Assembly: GCA_040954595.2 (NCBI GenBank)
Contig: CM082584.2
Coordinates: 11,498,552-11,562,551, forward strand
Source: Balanoglossus misakiensis
Taxonomy: Eukaryota > Animalia > Hemichordata
Direction of reading: 5' to 3'
Length of the DNA stretch: 64,000 nt
Below the pieces are notes generated by a model, which worked only from the letters and a program-made list of their open reading frames with translations, searched no databases and was not told the origin of the DNA. A program made the translations under genes and the position numbers. The stretch's first letter is position 1; each line of letters opens with the position of its first letter. Below are positions 51,701 through 62,728 of the stretch, one piece after another.

Positions 51701-54700
51701 TTCATGGGCTATAACCCATGGTTTTTTCAAAAAAATGAAGAAATTTTGATATCTCGCAAAGTCGAAAAATTGTCATTTCTGGACGATTTTCATGGGCTAT
51801 AACCCATGGTTTTTTCAAAAAAAATGAAGAAATTTTGATATCTCGCAAAGTCGAAAAATTGTCATTTCTGGACGATTTTCATGGGCTATAACCCATGGTT
51901 TTTTCAAAAAAATGAAGAAATTTTGATATCTCGCAAAGTCGAAAAATTGTCATTTCTGGACGATTTTCATGGGCTATAACCCATGGTTTTTTCAAAAAAA
52001 TGAAGAAATTTTGATATCTCGCAAAGTCGAAAAATTGTCATTTCTGGACGATTTTCATGGGCTATAACCCATGGTTTTTTTCAAAAAAATGAAGAAATTT
52101 TGATATCTCGCAAAGTCGAAAAATTGTCATTTCTGGACGATTTTCATGGGCTATAACCCATGGTTTTTTCAAAAAAATGAAGAAATTTTGATATCTCGCA
52201 AAGTCGAAAAATTGTCATTTCTGGACGATTTTCATGGGCTATAACCCATGGTTTTTTCAAAAAAATGAAGAAATTTTGATATCTCGCAAAGTCGAAAAAT
52301 TGTCATTTCTGGACGATTTTCATGGGCTATAACCCATGGTTTTTTCAAAAAAATGAAGAAATTTTGATATCTCGCAAAGTCGAAAAATTGTCATTTCTGG
52401 ACGATTTTCATGGGCTATAACCCATGGTTTTTTCAAAAAAATGAAGAAGTCATTTCTGGACGATTTTATGGCTATAACCCATGTTTTTCAAAAAATGAAG
52501 AAATTTTGATATCTACGCAAAGTCGTGTGTCATTTCTGGACAGAGAATACAATCTCGTGAGAGTGTCATTTCTGGACGATTTTCATGGGCTATAACCCAT
52601 GGTTTTTTCAAAAAAAATGAAGAAATTTTGATATCTCGCAAAGTCGAAAAATTGTCATTTCTGGACGATTTTCATGGGCTATAACCCATGGTTTTTTCAA
52701 AAAAATGAAGAAATTTTGATATCTCGCAAAGTCGAAAAATTGTCATTTCTGGACGATTTTCATGGGCTATAACCCATGGTTTTTTCAAAAAAATGAAGAA
52801 ATTTTGATATCTCGCAAAGTCGAAAAATTGTCATTTCTGGACGATTTTCATGGGCTATAACCCATGGTTTTTTCAAAAAAATGAAGAAATTTTGATATCT
52901 CGCAAAGTCGAAAAATTGTCATTTCTGGACGATTTTCATGGGCTATAACCCATGGTTTTTTCAAAAAAATGAAGAAATTTTGATATCCCGCAAAGTCGAA
53001 AAATTGTCATTTCTGGACGATTTTCATGGGCTATAACCCATGGTTTTTTCAAAAAAATGAAGAAATTTTGATATCTCGCAAAGTCGAAAAATTGTCATTT
53101 CTGGACGATTTTCATGGGCTATAACCCATGGTTTTTTCAAAAAAATGAAGAAATTTTGATATCTCGCAAAGTCGAAAAATTGTCATTTCTGGACGATTTT
53201 CATGGGCTATAACCCATGGTTTTTTCAAAAAAATGAAGAAATTTTGATATCTCGCAAAGTCGAAAAATTGTCATTTCTGGACGATTTTCATGGGCTATAA
53301 CCCATGGTTTTTTCAAAAAAATGAAGAAATTTTGATATCTCGCAAAGTCGAAAAATTGTCATTTCTGGACGATTTTCATGGGCTATAACCCATGGTTTTT
53401 TCAAAAAAATGAAGAAATTTTGATATCTCGCAAAGTCGAAAAATTGTCATTTCTGGACGATTTTCATGGGCTATAACCCATGGTTTTTTTCAAAAAAATG
53501 AAGAAATTTTGATATCTCGCAAAGTCGAAAAATTGTCATTTCTGGACGATTTTCATGGGCTATAACCCATGGTTTTTTCAAAAAAATGAAGAAATTTTGA
53601 TATCTCGCAAAGTCGAAAAATTGTCATTTCTGGACGATTTTCATGGGCTATAACCCATGGTTTTTTCAAAAAAATGAAGAAATTTTGATATCCCGCAAAG
53701 TCGAAAAATTGTCATTTCTGGACGATTTTCATGGGCTATAACCCATGGTTTTTTCAAAAAAATGAAGAAATTTTGATATCCCGCAAAGTCGAAAAATTGT
53801 CATTTCTGGACGATTTTCATGGGCTATAACCCATGGTTTTTTCAAAAAAATGAAGAAATTTTGATATCTCGCAAAGTCGAAAAATTGTCATTTCTGGACG
53901 ATTTTCATGGGCTATAACCCATGGTTTTTTCAAAAAAATGAAGAAATTTTGATATCTCGCAAAGTCGAAAAATTGTCATTTCTGGACGATTTTCATGGGC
54001 TATAACCCATGGTTTTTTCAAAAAAATGAAGAAATTTTGATATCTCGCAAAGTCGAAAAATTGTCATTTCTGGACGATTTTCATGGGCTATAACCCATGG
54101 TTTTTTCAAAAAAATGAAGAAATTTTGATATCTCGCAAAGTCGAAAAATTGTCATTTCTGGACGATTTTCATGGGCTATAACCCATGGTTTTTTCAAAAA
54201 AATGAAGAAATTTTGATATCTCGCAAAGTCGAAAAATTGTCATTTCTGGACGATTTTCATGGGCTATAACCCATGGTTTTTTCAAAAAAATGAAGAAATT
54301 TTGATATCTCGCAAAGTCGAAAAATTGTCATTTCTGGACGATTTTCATGGGCTATAACCCATGGTTTTTTCAAAAAAATGAAGAAATTTTGATATCTCGC
54401 AAAGTCGAAAAATTGTCATTTCTGGACGATTTTCATGGGCTATAACCCATGGTTTTTTCAAAAAAATGAAGAAATTTTGATATCTCGCAAAGTCGAAAAA
54501 TTGTCATTTCTGGACGATTTTCATGGGCTATAACCCATGGTTTTTTCAAAAAATGAAGAAATTTTGATATCTCGCAAAGTCGAAAAATTGTCATTTCTGG
54601 ACGATTTTCATGGGCTATAACCCATGGTTTTTTCAAAAAAATGAAGAAATTTTGATATCTCGCAAAGTCGAAAAATTGTCATTTCTGGACGATTTTCATG

Positions 54701-54973
54701 GGCTATAACCCATGGTTTTTTCAAAAAAATGAAGAAATTTTGATATCTCGCAAAGTCGAAAAATTGTCATTTCTGGACGATTTTCATGGGCTATAACCCA
54801 TGGTTTTTTCAAAAAAATGAAGAAATTTTGATATCTCGCAAAGTCGAAAAATTGTCATTTCTGGACGATTTTCATGGGCTATAACCCATGGTTTTTTCAA
54901 AAAAATGAAGAAATTTTGATATCTCGCAAAGTCGAAAAATTGTCATTACTGGACGATTTTCATGGGCTATAAC
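36788..54973. repeat. 88-bp tandem satellite, ~207 near-identical copies (~18.2 kb)
   Basis: Unit GATATCTCGCAAAGTCGAAAAATTGTCATTTCTGGACGATTTTCATGGGCTATAACCCATGGTTTTTTCAAAAAAATGAAGAAATTTT; successive GATATC sites at 36881 and 36969; no spacers. Confidence 0.98.
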
Positions 54974-56299
54974 AGCTTGGTTGATGAATACCAAAGATGG
55001 GACAGCAGACTTTTCTACAAATTATCGGGTCGACATTTGACCTTGCCCGTTTTATTATATCAACATCAAGGCAGTGTTGGGAGAATAAAATGACACAGAC
55101 ACAAGTATTTCATTTAAATCTAGTTCATTGAAAATTTTAATTTCAAAGTTTTGAAACCACAAACAAATGAGAATACATGTCACTGCAGACTGCCAGTAAC
55201 AGTTACAGCTGCATCGCGGAAAATGGACACTTCGTCATAAGCTTGGTTGCCCGGATACCCATCTGGTCTTTGCATCTGCAAAAGAAGCAATGTAGAAATG
55301 AATGTCTATAATATCTATGGAAATGAAACAAAGCATTATCACCACTGTACGCCAATTGTTCATTCGTAGATGGTACTTCATGCAAATCTGTATGGCTGCC
55401 TCGAATTTCACTCTCTATTTGATAACTTGATTAAATTCTACTGCAAGAACGATAGAGATCTGCCCATATAAGCTTATGATTGTACTTAGTTTAACCGACA
55501 ACTCCTCGACAAACACACCCCCACCCACACACCATGCATTGTCTGTCATTGCTTAAATTTTCTTTCCCACAATTCTTACCTTTCCACAACCATGCGGTAA
55601 TCTCTGGACATCAATCACACAGGCTGGCAATCACCTTAGCATCATCTATGGGATCACTGGAATAAATGAAAAGTATGAAAATGGAATGTCTGCTGCAAAG
55701 ATGGCGAACACGTTTGTGCAAAAACAAAATGTCCACCTCTTGCATCCAGCAGTCAGGTCGGTTTTAAAACATTGAATTGACATCCACATATAGTACCGGG
55801 TCCATATTGTTACATGCAGGTTTGTGCAAAATCAGTTCGCGTGACTGGGCATGGAAAACGGCACCAGTCTGAATCGAAAAAAAAATCTTCAAAATGGCCA
55901 CCATGCATGAAAAGAGGGGCTTTGATGTCTATATCGCTTGTCAAACCTTACTTGAAACCTCTGGTCTTCGTTCAGCCATTGAACATACTGCCCTTATCGC
56001 ACCCAGCTATACTGCTGCATGGCGAAAATAACTAGTCACTTGGGCCCAGCTTGGTTGATGAATACCATTATCAGTTGATCTCGTCTCTGGATCTGCAAAA
56101 CAAGGAAATGAAGTGAATGTCTAATATTCATGATCGTTCGGCCACGGAACATACCTGCCCTTACCTCCCCAGCTATACCGCTGCATGGCAAAAAAACTCT
56201 GGTCTCTGCATCTGCAAAACAAGCAAATAAAGTTAATGTCTGGAAAGTAAATACCTTATTTACCATAAAAAACAGACTAACAGAGACATACACACAAGC

Positions 56300-57062
56300 G
56301 AAGATGAGCGGTACGGAAATAAACCACTCTGTTTTATCAATACACGTATGTTTTTAATATTTTTTTATTGAATAATGACGAAAGATAACATATCTAAAAA
56401 ACCTGTATTAACTATATACGTGAGGGGGAAGATGATCGGTACGGAAATAAACCACTCTCAGTTTTATCAATACACGTATGTTTTTAATATTTTTTATTGA
56501 ATAATGACGAAAGATAACATATCTAAAAAACCTGTATTAACTATATACGTGAGGGGGAAGATGATCGGTACGGAAATAAACCACTCCAAGTATTATGAGT
56601 GCGTGTATGTTTTTATTTTATTTTTATTGAATAATGACGAAAGATAACATATCTAAAAAACCTGTATTAACTATATACGTGAGGAGGAAGATGATCGGTA
56701 CGGAAATAAACCACTCCAAGTATTATGAGTGCGTGTATGTTTTTATTTTATTTTTATTGAATAATGACGAAAGATAACATATCTAAAAAACCTGTATTAA
56801 CTATATACGTGAGGGGGAAGATGATCGGTACGGAAATAAACCACTCCAAGTATTATGAGTGCGTGTATGTTTTTATTTTATTTTTATTGAATAATGACGA
56901 AAGATAACATATCTAAAAAACCTGTATTAACTATATACGTGAGGGGGAAGATGATCGGTACGGAAATAAACCACTCCAAGTATTATGAGTGCGTGTATGT
57001 TTTTATTTTATTTTTATTGAATAATGACGAAAGATAACATATCTAAAAAAAACTTGTATTAA
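56300..57062. repeat. ~130-bp tandem repeat, ~6 copies, two subtypes
   Basis: GAAGATGA(T/G)CGGTACGGAAATAAACCACT starts at 56300, 56428, 56557, 56687, 56817 and 56947. Confidence 0.95.
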
Positions 57063-58382
57063 GTATTAACTGACGGTCTGAGGGATGGGACCCACCCGCA
57101 CCGGGGATTTTATTTATGTCTATATAACTTACTTGTTACGAAACTTCATCCACTGGTCTTCATTCAGCCATGGAACATACAAACGCTCACCTCATTGTAG
57201 TCTAGCTGCATGGCCCAAATATACCGTACAACTTACCGTGAAACACACATGCACACACAAACACAACAACGAGCACCTTTCGAAGCATTCAAATACGATG
57301 AACTTGTTGGTGCCGTAACAAAAATGACCCATGCACCGAGCATGTAGTCATGTTGGCTTTAAATCTTAAATGACATCCACATATAGCATCCGCATTGTTG
57401 CATTCTACAGATTTGTGCAAATTCTGTTCGCTGAGCTGGCAACCGGCACCAGTCAGAATCGTAGAAGGTTCTTAAAAATTGCCAAAAAAAACTTGGCTGA
57501 TACCGCTTACTTTGACATCATGCTTGTAACATCATAGCATCCGAGTCCATTGGTCCTCGCTCAGCATGGCTGCCTCCGCGTCTGCAAAATAAGTAGAAGA
57601 ACGTTGAAGTGAATGTCTATTATATCCATGAACACGAATCAAAACGTCTGCCGTAATCACCGCCCACCAAATGCTGTTCATTCACAGATGGTACATCATG
57701 CAAATCTGTATAATTGCCTCGAATTTCTCACTCACTTTGGCAACTTGGTTAATTAACACTTTTTTTTACAATTGTGGGTTGGTATAATACGAAATTTGCA
57801 TTCGAAAACGAACTGACCACACGCGAACACCGACTTTTCTAATAAACCGTGCATCTAAGGTTGGGTACCGCAAAAGAAAGGAATTTGTAAATTCAAACGC
57901 AGTGAAACACTGACTCGAGCTGTTTGACAGTGACGCGTGTTTTTTTATTGCTCGTCGGACGTAAAACTTGGTTGTCCGGAACTCGCCAAAATATAACCTA
58001 TAAGTCTGTTCAATAACTGAGAAATTGTTTTTAGTTCTGTTACTTTACTTACCGCGGTCTTTACAGCGAAATAAACAGCGCAGAAACTCTGTTGTTGAGT
58101 TGTCTGCGCTCCACATCAAAATGAAGCCCACGTGTAACAGCAAGACCGTCTTTTACGAAAATGCCCGGATGATTGGGCAATTACCATGTCCAGGTGACTC
58201 GAACCAATCAGCAACGAGATTGGATAAATTCTCGACTTTGCGGCTTTCTTGTCACTTTTCGACAATTTTCATGGGTTACAGCTTTGAAAATTTATTTTAA
58301 AAAAGACAAATTCCCGACTTTGCTAATTTTGATGATTTTCTCGCTTTATGGACATGTTTATGGGTGACAGCCTGCATGCAAG

Positions 58383-58452
58383 TAGTCTCAGTTACCCAGA
58401 CTCCTTCGCGCTGGCGATAGCCCGCGCGAAGGAGTCTGGGTAACCGAGACTA
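58383..58452. mobile_element. 70-bp fold-back (hairpin) MITE with a 9-bp target-site duplication
   Basis: 29-bp arms TAGTCTC(A/G)GTTACCCAGACTCCTTCGCGC with one mismatch; flanked by GCATGCAAG at 58374-58382 and 58453-58461. Confidence 0.85.
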
Positions 58453-58642
58453 GCATGCAAGCTACACCGACACGTTGAGGGCGCTACAATGAAATGAATA
58501 AGTTGTAGCTGCCGAAAGAGACACTTCAGCTCAAGTACATTTCTTCCACAAAACCCAATGAGCAATGTTCCATTCATCAGCATGCATCATGTGTTTTGGA
58601 TATGAAAGACAACATGCAATAAAGACTCTCTCAAATTCTATA

Positions 58643-58648
58643 TTTATT
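58643..58648 (-). terminator. Candidate polyadenylation signal of the C1orf87-like gene (~2.3-kb 3' UTR)
   Basis: TTTATT at the end of an AT-rich, UTR-like stretch; other candidates exist closer to the stop. Confidence 0.3.
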
Positions 58649-60951
58649 TGTCAAATAAATATCAAAGCAAACACGACTGTCTTTTCACAAAAATTTCCGT
58701 CGAGTTAAAAAAACAGACGTCCAGAAACACGGGGGACTTCTAATGTTTCAGTATATAGGTAAAAATCAACATATGTACAGAATAAATTTTACAGAAAATT
58801 ACAGCTGTGAAAATTTTTCATGAACCCTATATATACACACAATTCTGCAATTTGAACAAACAGTTTTAAAGACTTGTTACACTTCCGGAGTTTCCACTCA
58901 AAAAACAAGACATGGTCTGATTTGAAGAGAAAAACATCTACCTAACTTTTTTAAGGAGGTAATTTTTGTTGGACGGAGTATAGATGGATTGTATCTTTTA
59001 CATCCACTGCAGCTGAGGATAACATTTATGCCACCAATATGGTGCACATACCTGAATACTTAATTACAGAATAGGGTGAGACAACTCATAACTCCCTCAT
59101 AACACAAAATAAATTTTCAACATGCATGATGAAAATTTCAATAACACACAAGAGTCAATGAAGAAATATATCCAGTCTTTAAAAAAAATCCAATATAATT
59201 CATTGGATTTCATTTTCATAGTGTGTATAGAAAACTCGAAAAATATAACACTCATATAATTGCGAAACATACCCACATACAGTACATTCTCCTTGCATAA
59301 ACAAAAAAAAAGACTAATTTTTCCTTTTTATAGTCACATTTACAATGTATATACAATTTTGAATTATTCAACGATTCACAAGATTACCTAAAATTCTGAG
59401 TACAAGAAGGAAATTTCTATTTAAAATTAACAGCCATAGCATCATTTTAAAAATATTCCTATTACAATATTTTGATCACACATATTGTCATAACATTATA
59501 AGATATATCTCAAAATTATACATTAGTACAAACTACAGAAAAATATATATTTTGTGAAGTTTTGGTGGGATGATCAGAATATGGCTGTGGACTCCAGGAG
59601 AAACATGGCGTAATTCACCATATCTGATGCAGGGTCACTCAGATTTGAAAGATCACATGGAATTATTTGAACCACACCGAGACTGGGCAACGGCAACAGC
59701 AATGTGTTAGTGGGAGGGGGGGGGGGGGTAATGCAAGTTTGGGGGAGGGGGGGAGGTGCTGAATGGGGATTTGGGTGTGTCAGTATTTCACCTCATTCAA
59801 CTTTCATCTCTGTTCCAGACAGAACATGAATTTTGACAGAAAACGACATCAACAGTTTGGGATGCTATGCCATACTTTTAACTCCAACATTCTTTAGCTC
59901 AACCCTCTATCTAATATTGCGAGGGAACACCACTCACAATCAAACCAGGCACACAATTAAACCTTGGTACAGTCTGGAAAAACTGAGACAAAAGTTGAAT
60001 GAACAGGGAAGGTCATAAATATTTCAGTGACAAATGTGTGAGGAATCTGTTCATATACATGCTGTTGCCCATTGATCAGAATACATTTATATATGTATAG
60101 CCAACTGCAGCAGCTCTAGCTACGTCTTATATGTTACCAAAAAAAAATTATGGTAATATAAATTAAATTAAATTATAAGCATTTATCATAGTGAAAGAAT
60201 TAATGAAAGGGAAGTACCGTTACATGGCTGTGATGTACAGTGTAACTGGGTTTTTTTTTACAGATGGTATTTATGGAACAATATTCTAAACTAAGGCACT
60301 GACCAACACAGGAATACTTTTGACATTTTTCCCCATATTTTTCCAGTTATTACAGGTCAAGTTGTGTTGGACATTACTGCATCATTCCAGCTACACTATA
60401 CTTTGTGCAAATGTTGTTTTTCACTATAAGTTTCTACGGGTGAGTTCCTGGACAGGAAATGTCTTTAAGTAAGCATTAAAGATTCATAGCAAGGTCTGGC
60501 GATCGGACTGAGCTTACAATGTCGAATCAAGCATTTATTTATTAGGATTTAGCATTGCATCAGCTCCACTGCCTGTGGTATATTAAACACTACAGTGCTC
60601 TAACCAAGGCATATGAGGTTCAATCAAAGTCGTATGGAATTATAATATGTATAAACAAGATCGTTGAATTTTCCGAAACACGACAAAATATCTAACTGAG
60701 GAATATTCAACGTTATCCCCACAGAGCTGGGTGTTGTGTACATCAGTACTAAACAAGGCACAACATTCCAACTTCAAATTCATGTAACCCTACGTATACT
60801 AGCACAACTAATAATTCTTCCATTTTTCAAATGCATACATCTATTTGTTTGTAATGATTGGACCCCATACACCTCGCATGTTATGTTTAAGCGCTTTTTA
60901 AAACCAGGTGGAAAATCTGCCAAACCTGAAGAACCCTGAATCAAAATACGG

Positions 60952-62728
60952 TTAATTAGACCTGAGACGCAAGGATTCCAGCAAAGGTTCAATGGCTACA
61001 CGGCCATCAGCACCACTACAGGTTGCAACAGCTTTGTCAATGCGTGCCTCATCCAGACTCAGGTGGTAGATGAGGTTGTAGTTGTTGACGAGTCGACGGA
61101 TTTCGCTCCTTTCCAGGTATCCTGCAGGTTGATAAGAAACATTCATTGGTGAGTGGGCGAGTGAGTGAGTGTGTGGGTGGGTGGATGAGTGAGTGAATGT
61201 TTGATAAGTTGAAGATTGTGAGCCGATGGGTAAATACATACAGTCTGCAAAGACTTCAGTTTTTTAATGATACTGTATTTTTATAACCATAAGGGATAGT
61301 GGCAATTGAAACATGTGAATGGTTTTAACAGAACACAGCACAGCACACTACATTACATAACATTACACTGTGCTACACCACAGTACACTACAGTACATTA
61401 CAACAATAGAATTCTATGAGAGAATGAGACAGTATACCAGAGTTGGTACTATCAGCATTGTAGAGTCCCTGTGCGAGGTGCATGTATCTCTCAAACCAGT
61501 TTTCATCCTTGTCAACCGCCTCTTTTGCCGCCTTCTGTCGGATTTCTTTGATTCTCTTCGCTTCGTTCTGTTTTGCCAAGGCTTTGAGTTGAGATCTCTG
61601 AAAACTGTCATCATGCTGGGTGGGCCCGTGATGCGATCTGGTGGGCGATGGTGTTTCTCGGATGTGCTGCAACTCGGCCTCCGGTGACGGGGTGATCTCT
61701 CGTCGCCTCCCAAGTCTCTGAAAAAGAGTGAATTCCATGAAATGAAAGTGTATAAACCAGGCAACATGCCTACATATATTCCAGAACAAATGTTGCATGC
61801 ACACCTACTACAGTGATCTATGATCTGCAGTGACCAGGTGTTTCGAAAATAGTAAGCACTCCACATGTGAAACCCTATATCTCGAAGAAATGCACGCATG
61901 GAGCTTTCCCTTGTCTAAGTATCTCAGAAACACAACAACTTACAGCAAGAGGTTTCCTCGTTTCCCATGGTGGAGCTGCTGGTTCTGGAGGGGTGGCTGG
62001 GAGTTGGTTTCTCCTAGCCTCCCTCGGCTTGTGTTCTTTCTTTGGCCATGTGCCAGGCCTTGGTTGGTCTCCGCCAAACATGCCACTTGGTTTACTTCTG
62101 GGTGAGAGTTCTAGAGTCATATTGATGGGTTGGACTCTTTCCAGAATTTCTACAAAATTGACCCAACTGGTGGAAGAAAGAATTAAAGTGGTTAGATTCT
62201 CGCAATCAACTGTCTCCACTTCTCCATCTATCTGTTTGTCTGTCTCTATATAATTACTTCTCTCTCACTTCATACTCACCTATACAGTCCATCACCAAGG
62301 TCGCACCGTTGCAACAATTTGTCCATGATGGACCCTTGGACCGGTAATCTGTGTTTAAAACATGCTTCTGTAATCTGCAATATAAAAAGTGGATAAAGAG
62401 TATTTATTTTACTGGCACTGTGTTATTTATGACAGATCTAGATTGCTACAGGCAGACAGATAAATGCCGCGGTACTCGTTGGAAAAGCGCCATCTAGTGG
62501 TAAAATTCCACTTTGGGGTAGTTTATTACTTGTGCCATTGCTCACCTGTGATTTGACAATCTCACCTGTTTTTGAGACACTGTGCCAAGTCTAGACCTGT
62601 CCATCTCATTAAAGGTCCTGCTCAAGCCATCGACGTCTATTTTCTCCTCTTTGCCCTGGACGATCTGTTGCTCGATCAACATCAGCAGCTTGGCATCTTC
62701 CCGGTCTGAGAACACCTTGATCGGTTGC
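60952..62728 (-). CDS. C1orf87: C1orf87-like EF-hand-like protein, 3' portion. Exons: 62566-62728, 62280-62374, 61944-62166, 61438-61717, 60952-61121
   Basis: Five GT-AG exons in one frame. The C-terminus WFERYMHLAQGLYNADSTNSGYLERSEIRRLVNNYNLIYHLSLDEARIDKAV..IEPLLESLR* matches my recollection of the C1orf87 C-terminal motif (W..RF..L..ALY..D...G.L....RRL..NYNLIY.LSL). There is also an EF-hand-like FNEMDRSRLGTVS segment. Upstream exons lie beyond the window. Confidence 0.8.
62487..62500 (-). promoter_or_regulatory. CTCF-like motif CCACTAGATGGCGC
   Basis: Matches the canonical core on the - strand. Confidence 0.55.

Noticed and set aside
38333-54636. Recurring MKKPWVIAHENRPEM / MGYNPWFFQK ORFs
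   Set aside because: 88 is not divisible by 3; the ORFs appear only where indels remove stops in the satellite.
36788-54973. CRISPR array (regular repeats with an internal palindrome)
   Set aside because: Units are head-to-tail identical with no unique spacers, there are no cas genes, and the context is eukaryotic.
58642-58660. Palindrome ATTTATTTG-T-CAAATAAAT as a bidirectional terminator
   Set aside because: Short and AT-rich, and no + strand gene is seen nearby to use it.
62546-62565. Alternative downstream donor for the C1orf87-like exon
   Set aside because: It would add 20 nt and break the frame with the next exon.
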